The notes beneath the pieces were generated by a model that saw nothing but the letters and a program-made list of their open reading frames with translations, was not told where the DNA came from and searched no databases. A stretch of DNA of 64,000 nt from IMG/VR virus record IMGVR_UViG_3300033067_001366, one strand, 5' to 3'. This stretch comes from an uncultured virus (IMG/VR IMGVR_UViG_3300033067_001366) (Duplodnaviria > Heunggongvirae > Uroviricota > Caudoviricetes). The translations under genes and the position numbers were made by a program. Below are positions 56,644 to 64,000 of this stretch, in pieces. The number at the start of each line of letters is the position of its first letter. Position 1 is the first letter of the stretch.

Positions 56644-58342
56644 GTGTGCGCTTCTCCTTTTCCCCGAGCTTCTTCGCAGGCTTTTTCCCCGGTGCATTCT
56701 TTGGCTTGGCTTTGTCTTTCAGTGCCTGGAGGTGGGCTGCGCGCAGCGCCTTCAAGTCAATGTTGAAGACCTCGAACGCCGCATCCATCGCCTTCTTCTT
56801 TGTGCCCCCAAGATCGTAATGGCCCAGTCGTATCAAGCTGATAATCAGACAGCCGACATAAGCTTCCTCTTCAGTAGCTTCGGCCAACCACTTGTTCGTC
56901 GCGTCAGACATGCCGCCCTGGAATTGGCCTTTCGGAACCTCGATCTCCATCGCCTTCGTGAAGACCTTCAGATCGTCGTCCCAAACCTGACCAAGGTATC
57001 CGACGGCGAGCGAGCGCCAGATGGTGCGCTGCGCCGGCGTCGCGAATTTCGGTACAGTGCTTTGGGCCGAAATTCTGGCGACTTGCAGTGCTTCGAGAAA
57101 GCCGAGCCGGTCGGCCTTCTGTTGCATCTCTCGTTTTTTCTCGGAATCGCTTTTCTGATTGTGCGATCCGTCGACAAGCGTAGTCAGACTGCCGGCGTCA
57201 CTCTTAATGCCCAATTTCTTGAGTGCCTCACTTACCTGGGCTTTGGGATAGAGATTGCGAACCGCACCAGTGGGGTCCACGACGACGACTGGCTCCACTT
57301 CCTTGCCGACGAGTTTTAGATAGCTGGTGCCCTTGCTGGCTGGTTTACTTCGATCAAGGAGCTTGTCTTTAACGTCCACGTATTGAGAGCCATGAGCGAT
57401 CGTGCCGTGGCCGTAGGGGAAGATGGCCTTGGCTTCCCTGTCGCTCAGCACTTTCAGGTTTTTGGCCCGAGCTTCTTCAATTGTTCGCTTCCGAAAGGCA
57501 TCTTTTTTGGTGGCGAAACATTTTGTGTTTAGGCAGAGATTCTTCTCTTTCATCTCTTCGAAGAGTTCCTGCTGATTGCCGGACCGGTGTGGGCATTTGC
57601 CGCAGGCACCAGCTTCTGGCACCAACATCACGTCCTCGGTCGGGAATGGCGCGCGCGACAGTTCAGTCATAAAACTGCGCTGAATCAGTGCAAGGGTTTC
57701 GGACGGGCCGAAAGGCTTGTGATCTGTGCTCCAGCTACCCTTGAGCACGGCTTCCGTCGCTTCGCCTCTGAGTTTCTCGTCCGGAATGCGGCTGAGATGA
57801 ACAGCCGAGCCGAGTGGTAGAGTCCCGGCTTCGATTGCGTCGAGGGCTTTCTTCGGAAGATCCAGCAGCCGAATGCGCTGGCCGACTGTCCTGGCCGATA
57901 GCCCTATCTTGGCGGCCGCATCCTCGGTGGAGTAATTGAACCGTTCAATTAAAGTTTTAATACCTCTTCCCTCTTCGACTGGAGTTAAGTTGGCGCGCTG
58001 CGCGTTCTCAATGATCGCGATCTCTGCTGCCTCCTGGTCACTGAGAGCGCGGATAATCGCGGGGACAGCTTCGAGGCCTGCCATCTTTGAAGCGCGCCAG
58101 CGGCGTTCGCCCGCGACGATTTCAAATATTTGTCTTGTAGTTGCACTGTCCAGACCTGCGAATGCTTTGACGATTGAGTTCTCTTCGGCGGATTGAAATG
58201 GCCTGACAAGGATCGGCTCCAACACGCCCTTCTGCCGGATGGAGTTGGCCAGTTCGGCGAGCTTTACGTCGTCGAAGTAAACTCGCGGGTTGTAGGCGGA
58301 AGCCTGAATGAGGCTGATATTGATTTCTCGAGATTGTTCCAC
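56636..58342 (-). CDS. parB: ParB/RepB/Spo0J-family protein with long C-terminal extension
   Basis: NPR..F, LANSIRQKGVLEPILVRP, IVAGERRWRA, ENAQRANL, HTH, CGKC...CLNTKC. Confidence 0.9.
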   Translation of the reverse strand: MEQSREINISLIQASAYNPRVYFDDVKLAELANSIRQKGVLEPILVRPFQSAEENSIVKAFAGLDSATTRQIFEIVAGERRWRASKMAGLEAVPAIIRALSDQEAAEIAIIENAQRANLTPVEEGRGIKTLIERFNYSTEDAAAKIGLSARTVGQRIRLLDLPKKALDAIEAGTLPLGSAVHLSRIPDEKLRGEATEAVLKGSWSTDHKPFGPSETLALIQRSFMTELSRAPFPTEDVMLVPEAGACGKCPHRSGNQQELFEEMKEKNLCLNTKCFATKKDAFRKRTIEEARAKNLKVLSDREAKAIFPYGHGTIAHGSQYVDVKDKLLDRSKPASKGTSYLKLVGKEVEPVVVVDPTGAVRNLYPKAQVSEALKKLGIKSDAGSLTTLVDGSHNQKSDSEKKREMQQKADRLGFLEALQVARISAQSTVPKFATPAQRTIWRSLAVGYLGQVWDDDLKVFTKAMEIEVPKGQFQGGMSDATNKWLAEATEEEAYVGCLIISLIRLGHYDLGGTKKKAMDAAFEVFNIDLKALRAAHLQALKDKAKPKNAPGKKPAKKLGEKEKRTHV

Positions 58343-58375
58343 TTGTACTCTCCTTTTTGAGTCTGAGTTGTTAAC

Positions 58376-58885
58376 TTACGCTTCGCTTGATTCCAGGACG
58401 GGCGACCTCCCTGGCTTTTTGGCGAGGCTGAATTGTTCTCGAACGGCATCCAGCGTCTCCTGGCACATATCCCAGAGATACAATCCTCCTGGGCTTGGCA
58501 CGGGCTCCGGCAGTTCAACGTATTCATCGAACAGCCAGGCAGAGGGTCCTGTAAACCATTTCTGCTGATCTTCTGGCAGGGACTGGCTCAATGTGATGAA
58601 TGCGGGCTGGCCCACTTCGGGAGCAGGTACGACGATTTTGCCGCCCCAGCGCACGACGGCGAAGATTTGACAGTTTGGATGCTGGATCTCTGGGGGCACC
58701 TTGACGCCGAGCGTTGCGGCAATGAAGTCCCGGTCCTTGGTAGCCCAGAACGGCCCCGCGTGAAGTGCGAAATACGCACCAACTAGTTCTCTGCTTGGTC
58801 GCCAGGATCGGTTTTCGATCCGCAAGCCGTGCTTGTATGCGAATGGCCAGGGCCTGGCCAGGGTTAATCCTCGAATGATTGCCAT
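58376..58885 (-). CDS. ASCH-domain protein
   Basis: GLTLARPW...IENRSW...ALHAG; WFTGP..W, GLYLW. Confidence 0.8.
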   Translation of the reverse strand: MAIIRGLTLARPWPFAYKHGLRIENRSWRPSRELVGAYFALHAGPFWATKDRDFIAATLGVKVPPEIQHPNCQIFAVVRWGGKIVVPAPEVGQPAFITLSQSLPEDQQKWFTGPSAWLFDEYVELPEPVPSPGGLYLWDMCQETLDAVREQFSLAKKPGRSPVLESSEA

Positions 58886-58886
58886 G

Positions 58887-59486
58887 CTATTGCCTCCTCG
58901 TTATGCCCAGAACCATCTGCTCCAGTGGAGTCAGGTCCCAGACGGCGACGACCGCACAGAGCGGCCATTTGATCGGGCGCAGGAGTGCTGGGTCTTTCGG
59001 CGCGGCTGTCGCAAATTTTTCCCACTTCGCTTCGGACAGGATGATGTACCCATCAAGTCGGCCTCTCGGCCTGAGCGCTGGTGGAATATTTGGAACGATG
59101 GACACCCAATCAGACTGGTGTCTATTTGTGTGCGTAAGGGTTCGGTGCGGTAGGTGGATCATATGGCGCGTTCCGCGCTCCCAGGTTTGCTTTCTGGGGT
59201 CACGAAACATTCCCATGCCTTCACTCCCGAAAGACCAGATAACATGGGGCCAGCCGGCGCGGGCCAAGAAGAGGTTCGGCCGCTGGAGGTCGTCGCTTCC
59301 TCCGGCAGTGATCATCTCAAAAGCATTGACGACGGCGCGTCCGCGGGCGATCTGCTGGTACATCTCCAGCATCATCGTGTCCTCTTCGGTCGAGTAGGAC
59401 TTCCCTCTTTTGAGCACTTCTCTGTAATGCTTAACGGCCTCGGCGGCTTGCGAGATTTCCGTTTCAGATGGATTAGCGATGTTCAT
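58887..59486 (-). CDS. Conserved hypothetical protein
   Basis: AGGAG RBS; VPNIPPALRP...ILSEAKW...DPALL...WDLTPLE. Confidence 0.7.
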   Translation of the reverse strand: MNIANPSETEISQAAEAVKHYREVLKRGKSYSTEEDTMMLEMYQQIARGRAVVNAFEMITAGGSDDLQRPNLFLARAGWPHVIWSFGSEGMGMFRDPRKQTWERGTRHMIHLPHRTLTHTNRHQSDWVSIVPNIPPALRPRGRLDGYIILSEAKWEKFATAAPKDPALLRPIKWPLCAVVAVWDLTPLEQMVLGITRRQ

Positions 59487-59823
59487 GAGTCTCCTTTGCG
59501 ACGGCCTCAGCGACGACTGTCGCCCAGCCGTCCGGGTCGGTTCTTCGATTCAGATATGCTCTCAGGAGGCCGTCGTCATAAAACACCAGGGCTTCGCAGG
59601 ACTGATGATGATCGAAGTAGAAGACCGGTCCGGACGCGTAGATCAGCGGTGACCTGGTCAATTCCGCAATCATTGCGCCGTATAAGTCCGACCGGATGAC
59701 GACGCCGACGGCGGTCCGTTCCGAGCCGGACTTCCGGTATTGATTGACGACCTGCTCCCAAATATCTGCAGTTAAATCAGCCATTAATTCCCTCTTTGGA
59801 ACGATCCAGTGCAGTGTTCGCAT
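59473..59823 (-). CDS. Hypothetical protein (start uncertain)
   Basis: Overlaps next ORF; protein-like. Confidence 0.5.
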   Translation of the reverse strand: MRTLHWIVPKRELMADLTADIWEQVVNQYRKSGSERTAVGVVIRSDLYGAMIAELTRSPLIYASGPVFYFDHHQSCEALVFYDDGLLRAYLNRRTDPDGWATVVAEAVAKETHEHR

Positions 59824-59947
59824 GTTGTAATTTTCGGTGGATTTCGGCACAACCGGCGGACAGAGTGATTGCAGGTCAGCCTGAGCAGCCAGGTCACTTT
59901 GACGTGCCCGAATCCGCCAACGACCGTGCTCGACAGGACGGTTCGCT

Positions 59948-60283
59948 TCATACGACCGCCTCCTCCAGGGGCGCGCAAATCGCGCGCTCCTGGAGGGTGG
60001 CGGCGCCCAGACGTGGCCGCTTGGCCATTTGTTGTGTGACGCGTGTCAGTTCGTCGATCACGGTGGCAATTTGCTCCCGAATTCGGACCATCTGTTTGTC
60101 GTCCTTGAATGCTGCTCCCTCGGCCTCGATCTGGGCGTTCTTCGCCGCGTGGAGCGCAGTGCTAATTCCCAGCCCCGAGACGCGTGGCGGCAGATTGTGC
60201 TCTGCCTCGCTTGGTTCGGTCGGCGAGGCAGTCTTCGATGTGGCCTTCGACGTAATCCTTGAGTTGCTGTTTTGCATCTTCAT
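59948..60283 (-). CDS. Hypothetical coiled-coil protein overlapping upstream ORF by 122 nt
   Basis: AGGGAG RBS on - strand; helical C-half. Confidence 0.5.
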   Translation of the reverse strand: MKMQNSNSRITSKATSKTASPTEPSEAEHNLPPRVSGLGISTALHAAKNAQIEAEGAAFKDDKQMVRIREQIATVIDELTRVTQQMAKRPRLGAATLQERAICAPLEEAVV

Positions 60284-61241
60284 TGGTTTGCTCCCTTAAG
60301 AATTTAAAGTTTGCTCTGCTCACCCGCGGATAGGGCTGGGTGATCTGTTTTGTTCGCTCCCTCCACTTCTGTTTGACAATGAATCCGTGGCCGTTTGCGG
60401 CCACGTCCCACCATCCCACAGACAGCGCCGGGAGTAGTGATTTCAGTAATTCTTCGTGCTCTTTGCGAGACTTCGCGGTTTCAATATCAAAACCGCTATC
60501 CTGCAACGTTTTCAACGAGATACCCTGCTCCCTAGTGAGCACTTTTTCGGGCGCTTTTTCCTGCTCCCTAGGGAGCAAGGTTTCGTTGGGTTTCAACTGC
60601 TCCCTAGGGAGCAGTTCTTCGGTTGTTTTTGCCTGCTCCCTAGGGAGCGGCTTGGGTGCGACAAAGGCTTCGGTCTGGGTGGATCGGACGCTTGCTTCCA
60701 GGTCCTGGTCCGTCAGTTTGGGAGCACGGCGTTCAGGATCGCGATGATTCCGGCGGTCAGTGCTCCCGCTGTCACGATCAGTCCAAGAATCGCGAGCAGG
60801 ATTGTCCAGGCGATCAAGCGGGGCGTCGTCCGGATCGTCCTGGTCGAACTGATTGTCCTCGGCGGGGAGTTCGTCTTCGATCTCAGAATCGAAGTCCAAT
60901 TCATCGTCATAGGGGGACTCCTGAAAGGGGGCGCGGTGCTCCCTTTGGTTGGATTGTCTGTCGAGTAGGGCGAGGTCTACTCCCTGCCCTGCCAATTCCT
61001 CGTCGTACACCCAGCGTTCTTTCCGATACGGAAGGCCGTTGGTCTGGCGGCCTTTTTCGGCGAGCAGCATTCGACCTGGACGATCGGCGAGTGCTGTCGT
61101 CCGGGCGTAATGAAGCGCCTCCTCTTCGTCAGTCGCATCCGTCGGGAGCGGGCGGAAGAGTTCAGCTCGCTCCTCCATGATCGCGTCCCAATCGAGAGGA
61201 ATAATGTCGTCCGTTTCATGTTCCGCAGAAGATTCGGACAC
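60162..61241 (-). CDS. Hypothetical protein with acidic linker and LPREQ repeats
   Basis: 359 aa, coupled to upstream membrane gene. Confidence 0.65.
   Translation of the reverse strand: MSESSAEHETDDIIPLDWDAIMEERAELFRPLPTDATDEEEALHYARTTALADRPGRMLLAEKGRQTNGLPYRKERWVYDEELAGQGVDLALLDRQSNQREHRAPFQESPYDDELDFDSEIEDELPAEDNQFDQDDPDDAPLDRLDNPARDSWTDRDSGSTDRRNHRDPERRAPKLTDQDLEASVRSTQTEAFVAPKPLPREQAKTTEELLPREQLKPNETLLPREQEKAPEKVLTREQGISLKTLQDSGFDIETAKSRKEHEELLKSLLPALSVGWWDVAANGHGFIVKQKWRERTKQITQPYPRVSRANFKFLREQTNEDAKQQLKDYVEGHIEDCLADRTKRGRAQSAATRLGAGN
60526..60649. repeat. Four 16-bp palindromes TGCTCCCTAGGGAGCA at 36-bp period
   Basis: Copies start at 60526 (1 mismatch), 60562, 60598, 60634 (1 mismatch). 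Confidence 0.9.
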
Positions 61242-62134
61242 TATCGTCTGCGGGTGGGTTTTCCCCCGTCGAAGTTCCCGTACTGCGGCCGCTGAGTCAG
61301 TCGGGCTCCTCTTTCTCCTCCGTCGCCAACGATCCTGTCGGCAAGTTGCCGCGCCTCAATCTCCGCGCGTTCGATCATCGCAAGCTGGACGTGCTCACTT
61401 TCGAGACCGTCTGTTTTCGCCTGGATAATCGTCTCCTGTTGTCTGCCCTGGTATAGCAGTTCCAGGCGGATCAGCCGACTGACCGGGTCGGCCAGGGTGA
61501 TGGCCAGCACGATCACAAGGACGCCGATGAAAACGCTTACAGCTCCCCAACTCAACCAGGTTTCCTGGAAGGGGGCGAGTTGCAGGTGTTTGACCATCAT
61601 GAAGTGCGTCACGATGTTGACGAACATTACGCAAACGATGAAGAGCATTCCGGACAGGCAGACGATTCGTTCGAGAAAAGAGGAGAACGCTCTGGTAAAG
61701 CCGTACACGAGCCAGATAAATGCTCCCTCGACCACGAGCACGGCGAAGAGCGAGAGGATGCCCTGGATAAAAAACGGCGTGTCAGAGAAGCCTTCACGGT
61801 AGATCATAAAACTCGACACGCAGCTCAGCAGGGTGATGCATGTCAGGATTAACCCTCCGCCGACGATCACATTCTGTCGGGCGCGGTTGTGTTTGAAGGC
61901 GTCCTGCACGGAGGCTCCCATTCCGAGCGAGATCGGCTGAGTTCCGACTGTGACGGTGGAGCCGATTGCAGCGGCGACGATGGCCAGCGCGACGGTTTCG
62001 ATGATCCGGCAGGTGGCTTCGTCCTGGGGCGCGATCGCGTCCATTAGCTTGAAGAACGGCGACAGGGCGACGGCAAGGGCTCGCCGCAGCGCCTGGCTAC
62101 GTTGAGAAAACTTCGAATTGTTCAATTGATTCAC
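61241..62134 (-). CDS. Multi-pass membrane protein
   Basis: 4-5 hydrophobic segments; GAGG RBS. Confidence 0.7.
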   Translation of the reverse strand: MNQLNNSKFSQRSQALRRALAVALSPFFKLMDAIAPQDEATCRIIETVALAIVAAAIGSTVTVGTQPISLGMGASVQDAFKHNRARQNVIVGGGLILTCITLLSCVSSFMIYREGFSDTPFFIQGILSLFAVLVVEGAFIWLVYGFTRAFSSFLERIVCLSGMLFIVCVMFVNIVTHFMMVKHLQLAPFQETWLSWGAVSVFIGVLVIVLAITLADPVSRLIRLELLYQGRQQETIIQAKTDGLESEHVQLAMIERAEIEARQLADRIVGDGGERGARLTQRPQYGNFDGGKPTRRR

Positions 62135-62266
62135 CTCTGAGGTAGAGGCGAGAACGGTGAGAACCGCTCCCGCAAAGGAGCGGCGGTTGGACTTGACGGG
62201 CGCAAGATAGCACGGTCGAGCGGGGAATTGCTAGATCGTTTTAGGTGGTACTTTAGGTGGGATAAG

Positions 62267-62298
62267 AAAAAAAAGAGCCGCGACCGTCGCCGCAACTC
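62267..62298 (-). terminator. Terminator downstream of the tRNA fragment
   Basis: Minus strand GAGTTGCG...CGCGGCTC then T8. Confidence 0.6.
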
Positions 62299-62309
62299 AA
62301 TTGTTCACA

Positions 62310-62355
<46 letters not shown>

Positions 62356-62503
62356 TTTTGAAGTTCCTAGCCAAGGAAAGGACTTACGGCTTCACTGTTG
62401 ATTTCAGTAGGTTTATCGGCGGAAATTCGCCTAAATTTTGCGGCGTATTTGCTGGATTTGCCAAATGATGACAAGTTCTGGTGGGACTGTTGGTGGTACT
62501 TTG

Positions 62504-63718
62504 TCATTCTTCTTTGTCCTTTTTAGCCTTCTCTTCCGCTACTCTTTTTTTCTTTTCGCGCAGGTTGGCCATCGCGTTGCCGGCTCCCTGAACAATCAAC
62601 ATGTCGGTCGTAAGATACCGACGGAAGGTTTTCTCCTGGGTATGACCTGTGATGTGCATGGCGTGGGCACGATCGCCGCCAGAGTCTGCAATTGCCTGGG
62701 CAAGCTCGGTTGTTGCCCAATGGCGCAGGTCCCTCGGTTGCAGGTTTGATATTCCAGTATCAAGCAGTGCTGCTGCCCAAGCTTTGCTTATGGACTTTAT
62801 TCCCCCGAAGATTGATGTGTCGGGATCCCGGAGGAGGAGATCGTGGTCTACCTTTCCGTGGGCAGGCGACAGTCGAAGCCATTCCCGAAGGCCGTCGTTC
62901 AGCCAGTCTTTTAGCGCCGCGATTAGCCGGTCGGAGATCGGCACCAGGCGTTTGCGATTCACTTTGGTCGTTGTGGCCTGGGCGATAATGATTTTGCTTT
63001 CAAAGTCGATGTCTTGAGGCCGAACCTTCAATCGCTCCTCCGGGCGTAGCGCGGTATCGGAGGCGAGTAGAATGTAAACCTTTAAGTGAGCGCGGCGGCC
63101 CTGGCAGGCGGCAAGTAATTTCTCCAGCTCTCCATCGCGTTCCTCTCGTTGGCGGGGCAGCTCGTCGGCAGCACTAAAGACCTGCTCGCCGACGTTGAAC
63201 GGATTCACTTTAAGCCAGCCATTGCGGATTGCGTAATTGAAGATAATCCGCAATTGCCGACACTGATGGTTTATATCGTAGATGCCTCTGGCCTTCCCGT
63301 AACGAGTTGGCGCCTTGATGAGATAGTCTTTGTAGTTGAGGAGATCTCGGTTGGTGATTTTCTTGATCGGCCATTCGCCGAAATATCGAACCAGTGCATT
63401 GACACGATTGCGCGTCGCCTCCGGCTTCTTGAGCCCTGACACTTTTCGCTCGCCGACATAAACGGCGGGAACTACTTTCTCCTTGGAGTAAATCTTAGCC
63501 AGTTCTCGGAAGGTCATCTTCCCGGCGTCAAGCAGCTCTGTTCCGCCGCTTAGAAATTCGACCTCCAATTCATCAAGGATCTGATTCGCGTGTTTGCGGC
63601 TGCGGGCTACTCGGTCTATTTCACGCCTGGTCCCGTCGGGATTTATGATTCGAAGTCGCGCGATTATCCCTTTGCGCGGCTTTTCGTAAATGAATCTGTA
63701 GTGGGTGCGAGCTGGCAT
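62504..63718 (-). CDS. int: Tyrosine integrase
   Basis: TALRPEE (R), TKVNR (K), RDLRH, ITGH..EKTFRRY (H, Y). Confidence 0.95.
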   Translation of the reverse strand: MPARTHYRFIYEKPRKGIIARLRIINPDGTRREIDRVARSRKHANQILDELEVEFLSGGTELLDAGKMTFRELAKIYSKEKVVPAVYVGERKVSGLKKPEATRNRVNALVRYFGEWPIKKITNRDLLNYKDYLIKAPTRYGKARGIYDINHQCRQLRIIFNYAIRNGWLKVNPFNVGEQVFSAADELPRQREERDGELEKLLAACQGRRAHLKVYILLASDTALRPEERLKVRPQDIDFESKIIIAQATTTKVNRKRLVPISDRLIAALKDWLNDGLREWLRLSPAHGKVDHDLLLRDPDTSIFGGIKSISKAWAAALLDTGISNLQPRDLRHWATTELAQAIADSGGDRAHAMHITGHTQEKTFRRYLTTDMLIVQGAGNAMANLREKKKRVAEEKAKKDKEE

Positions 63719-63724
63719 TGACGG

Positions 63725-64000
63725 TTATATGTCCCAGTACTCCAACAGCGTTTGTCGGTACTTTATGAGCCAAGTCGGATAACTGAATTCTTCGGCGATC
63801 TCGCTGGGCCAGTGATGGGCCAGCAGGGTTTTGGGAATCAGGGCACAAGCAGCGACCAAGTTAGCCTCAAACTCAATGTTTTTGTCCATCCCTAAAAAGA
63901 ACTGAATGCGGGGTGGATGAAGCCAGTGGTGCGCGAGTTCATGGTATAGCGTGTAAAGTCGGTCCACTCCTCTGAGCTGATCGTGGATGTAAATATGGAG
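63725..64000 (-). CDS. ImmA/IrrE-family metallopeptidase (5' end outside window)
   Basis: HELAH...EFEAN..AACALIP; upstream of int. Confidence 0.85.
   Translation of the reverse strand, partial: LHIYIHDQLRGVDRLYTLYHELAHHWLHPPRIQFFLGMDKNIEFEANLVAACALIPKTLLAHHWPSEIAEEFSYPTWLIKYRQTLLEYWDI

Noticed and set aside
60526..60649. CRISPR or TIGR array (36-nt period)
   Set aside because: Spacers are only 20 bp and resemble each other, the array is in frame within an ORF, there is no two-spacer architecture, and no cas or Nop-domain gene is recognised

Overview
The window is most of the genome of a temperate, probably short-tailed (podovirus-like) dsDNA phage. The host is likely an Acidobacterium, inferred from a stand-alone TIGR03437/Solibacter-type domain. 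The + strand carries, in order: early recombination and replication genes (ERF, Gp157, a divergent Tad1-like anti-defence sponge, an initiator with in-gene iterons and a DnaA_N domain); a putative late promoter; a metacaspase and two membrane genes where a lysis cassette would normally sit; terminase, portal, scaffold, major capsid and neck/nozzle genes; a PAPS-reductase-family gene; five signal-peptide-bearing genes in the tail-fibre position, four of them Cys-paired fibre/spike-like; and ejection proteins, including a 4339-aa polyvalent protein. That protein has a Dam-like MTase domain, a duplicated ~570-590-aa module and an HExxH motif, and appears to carry small overprinted genes in its linkers. 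The - strand carries an accessory block (ParB, ASCH, an ORF containing four 16-bp palindromes at 36-bp period), an apparently intact attP (3' half of tRNA-Ile2 with arm repeats on both sides), a tyrosine integrase and a partial ImmA/IrrE gene. The most promising undescribed features are Sec-exported tail appendages, +1-frame nested genes behind enzymatic domains of the giant protein, a metacaspase in the lysis position, and a parS-like palindrome array. All family calls come from motif recognition by eye, not database searches.
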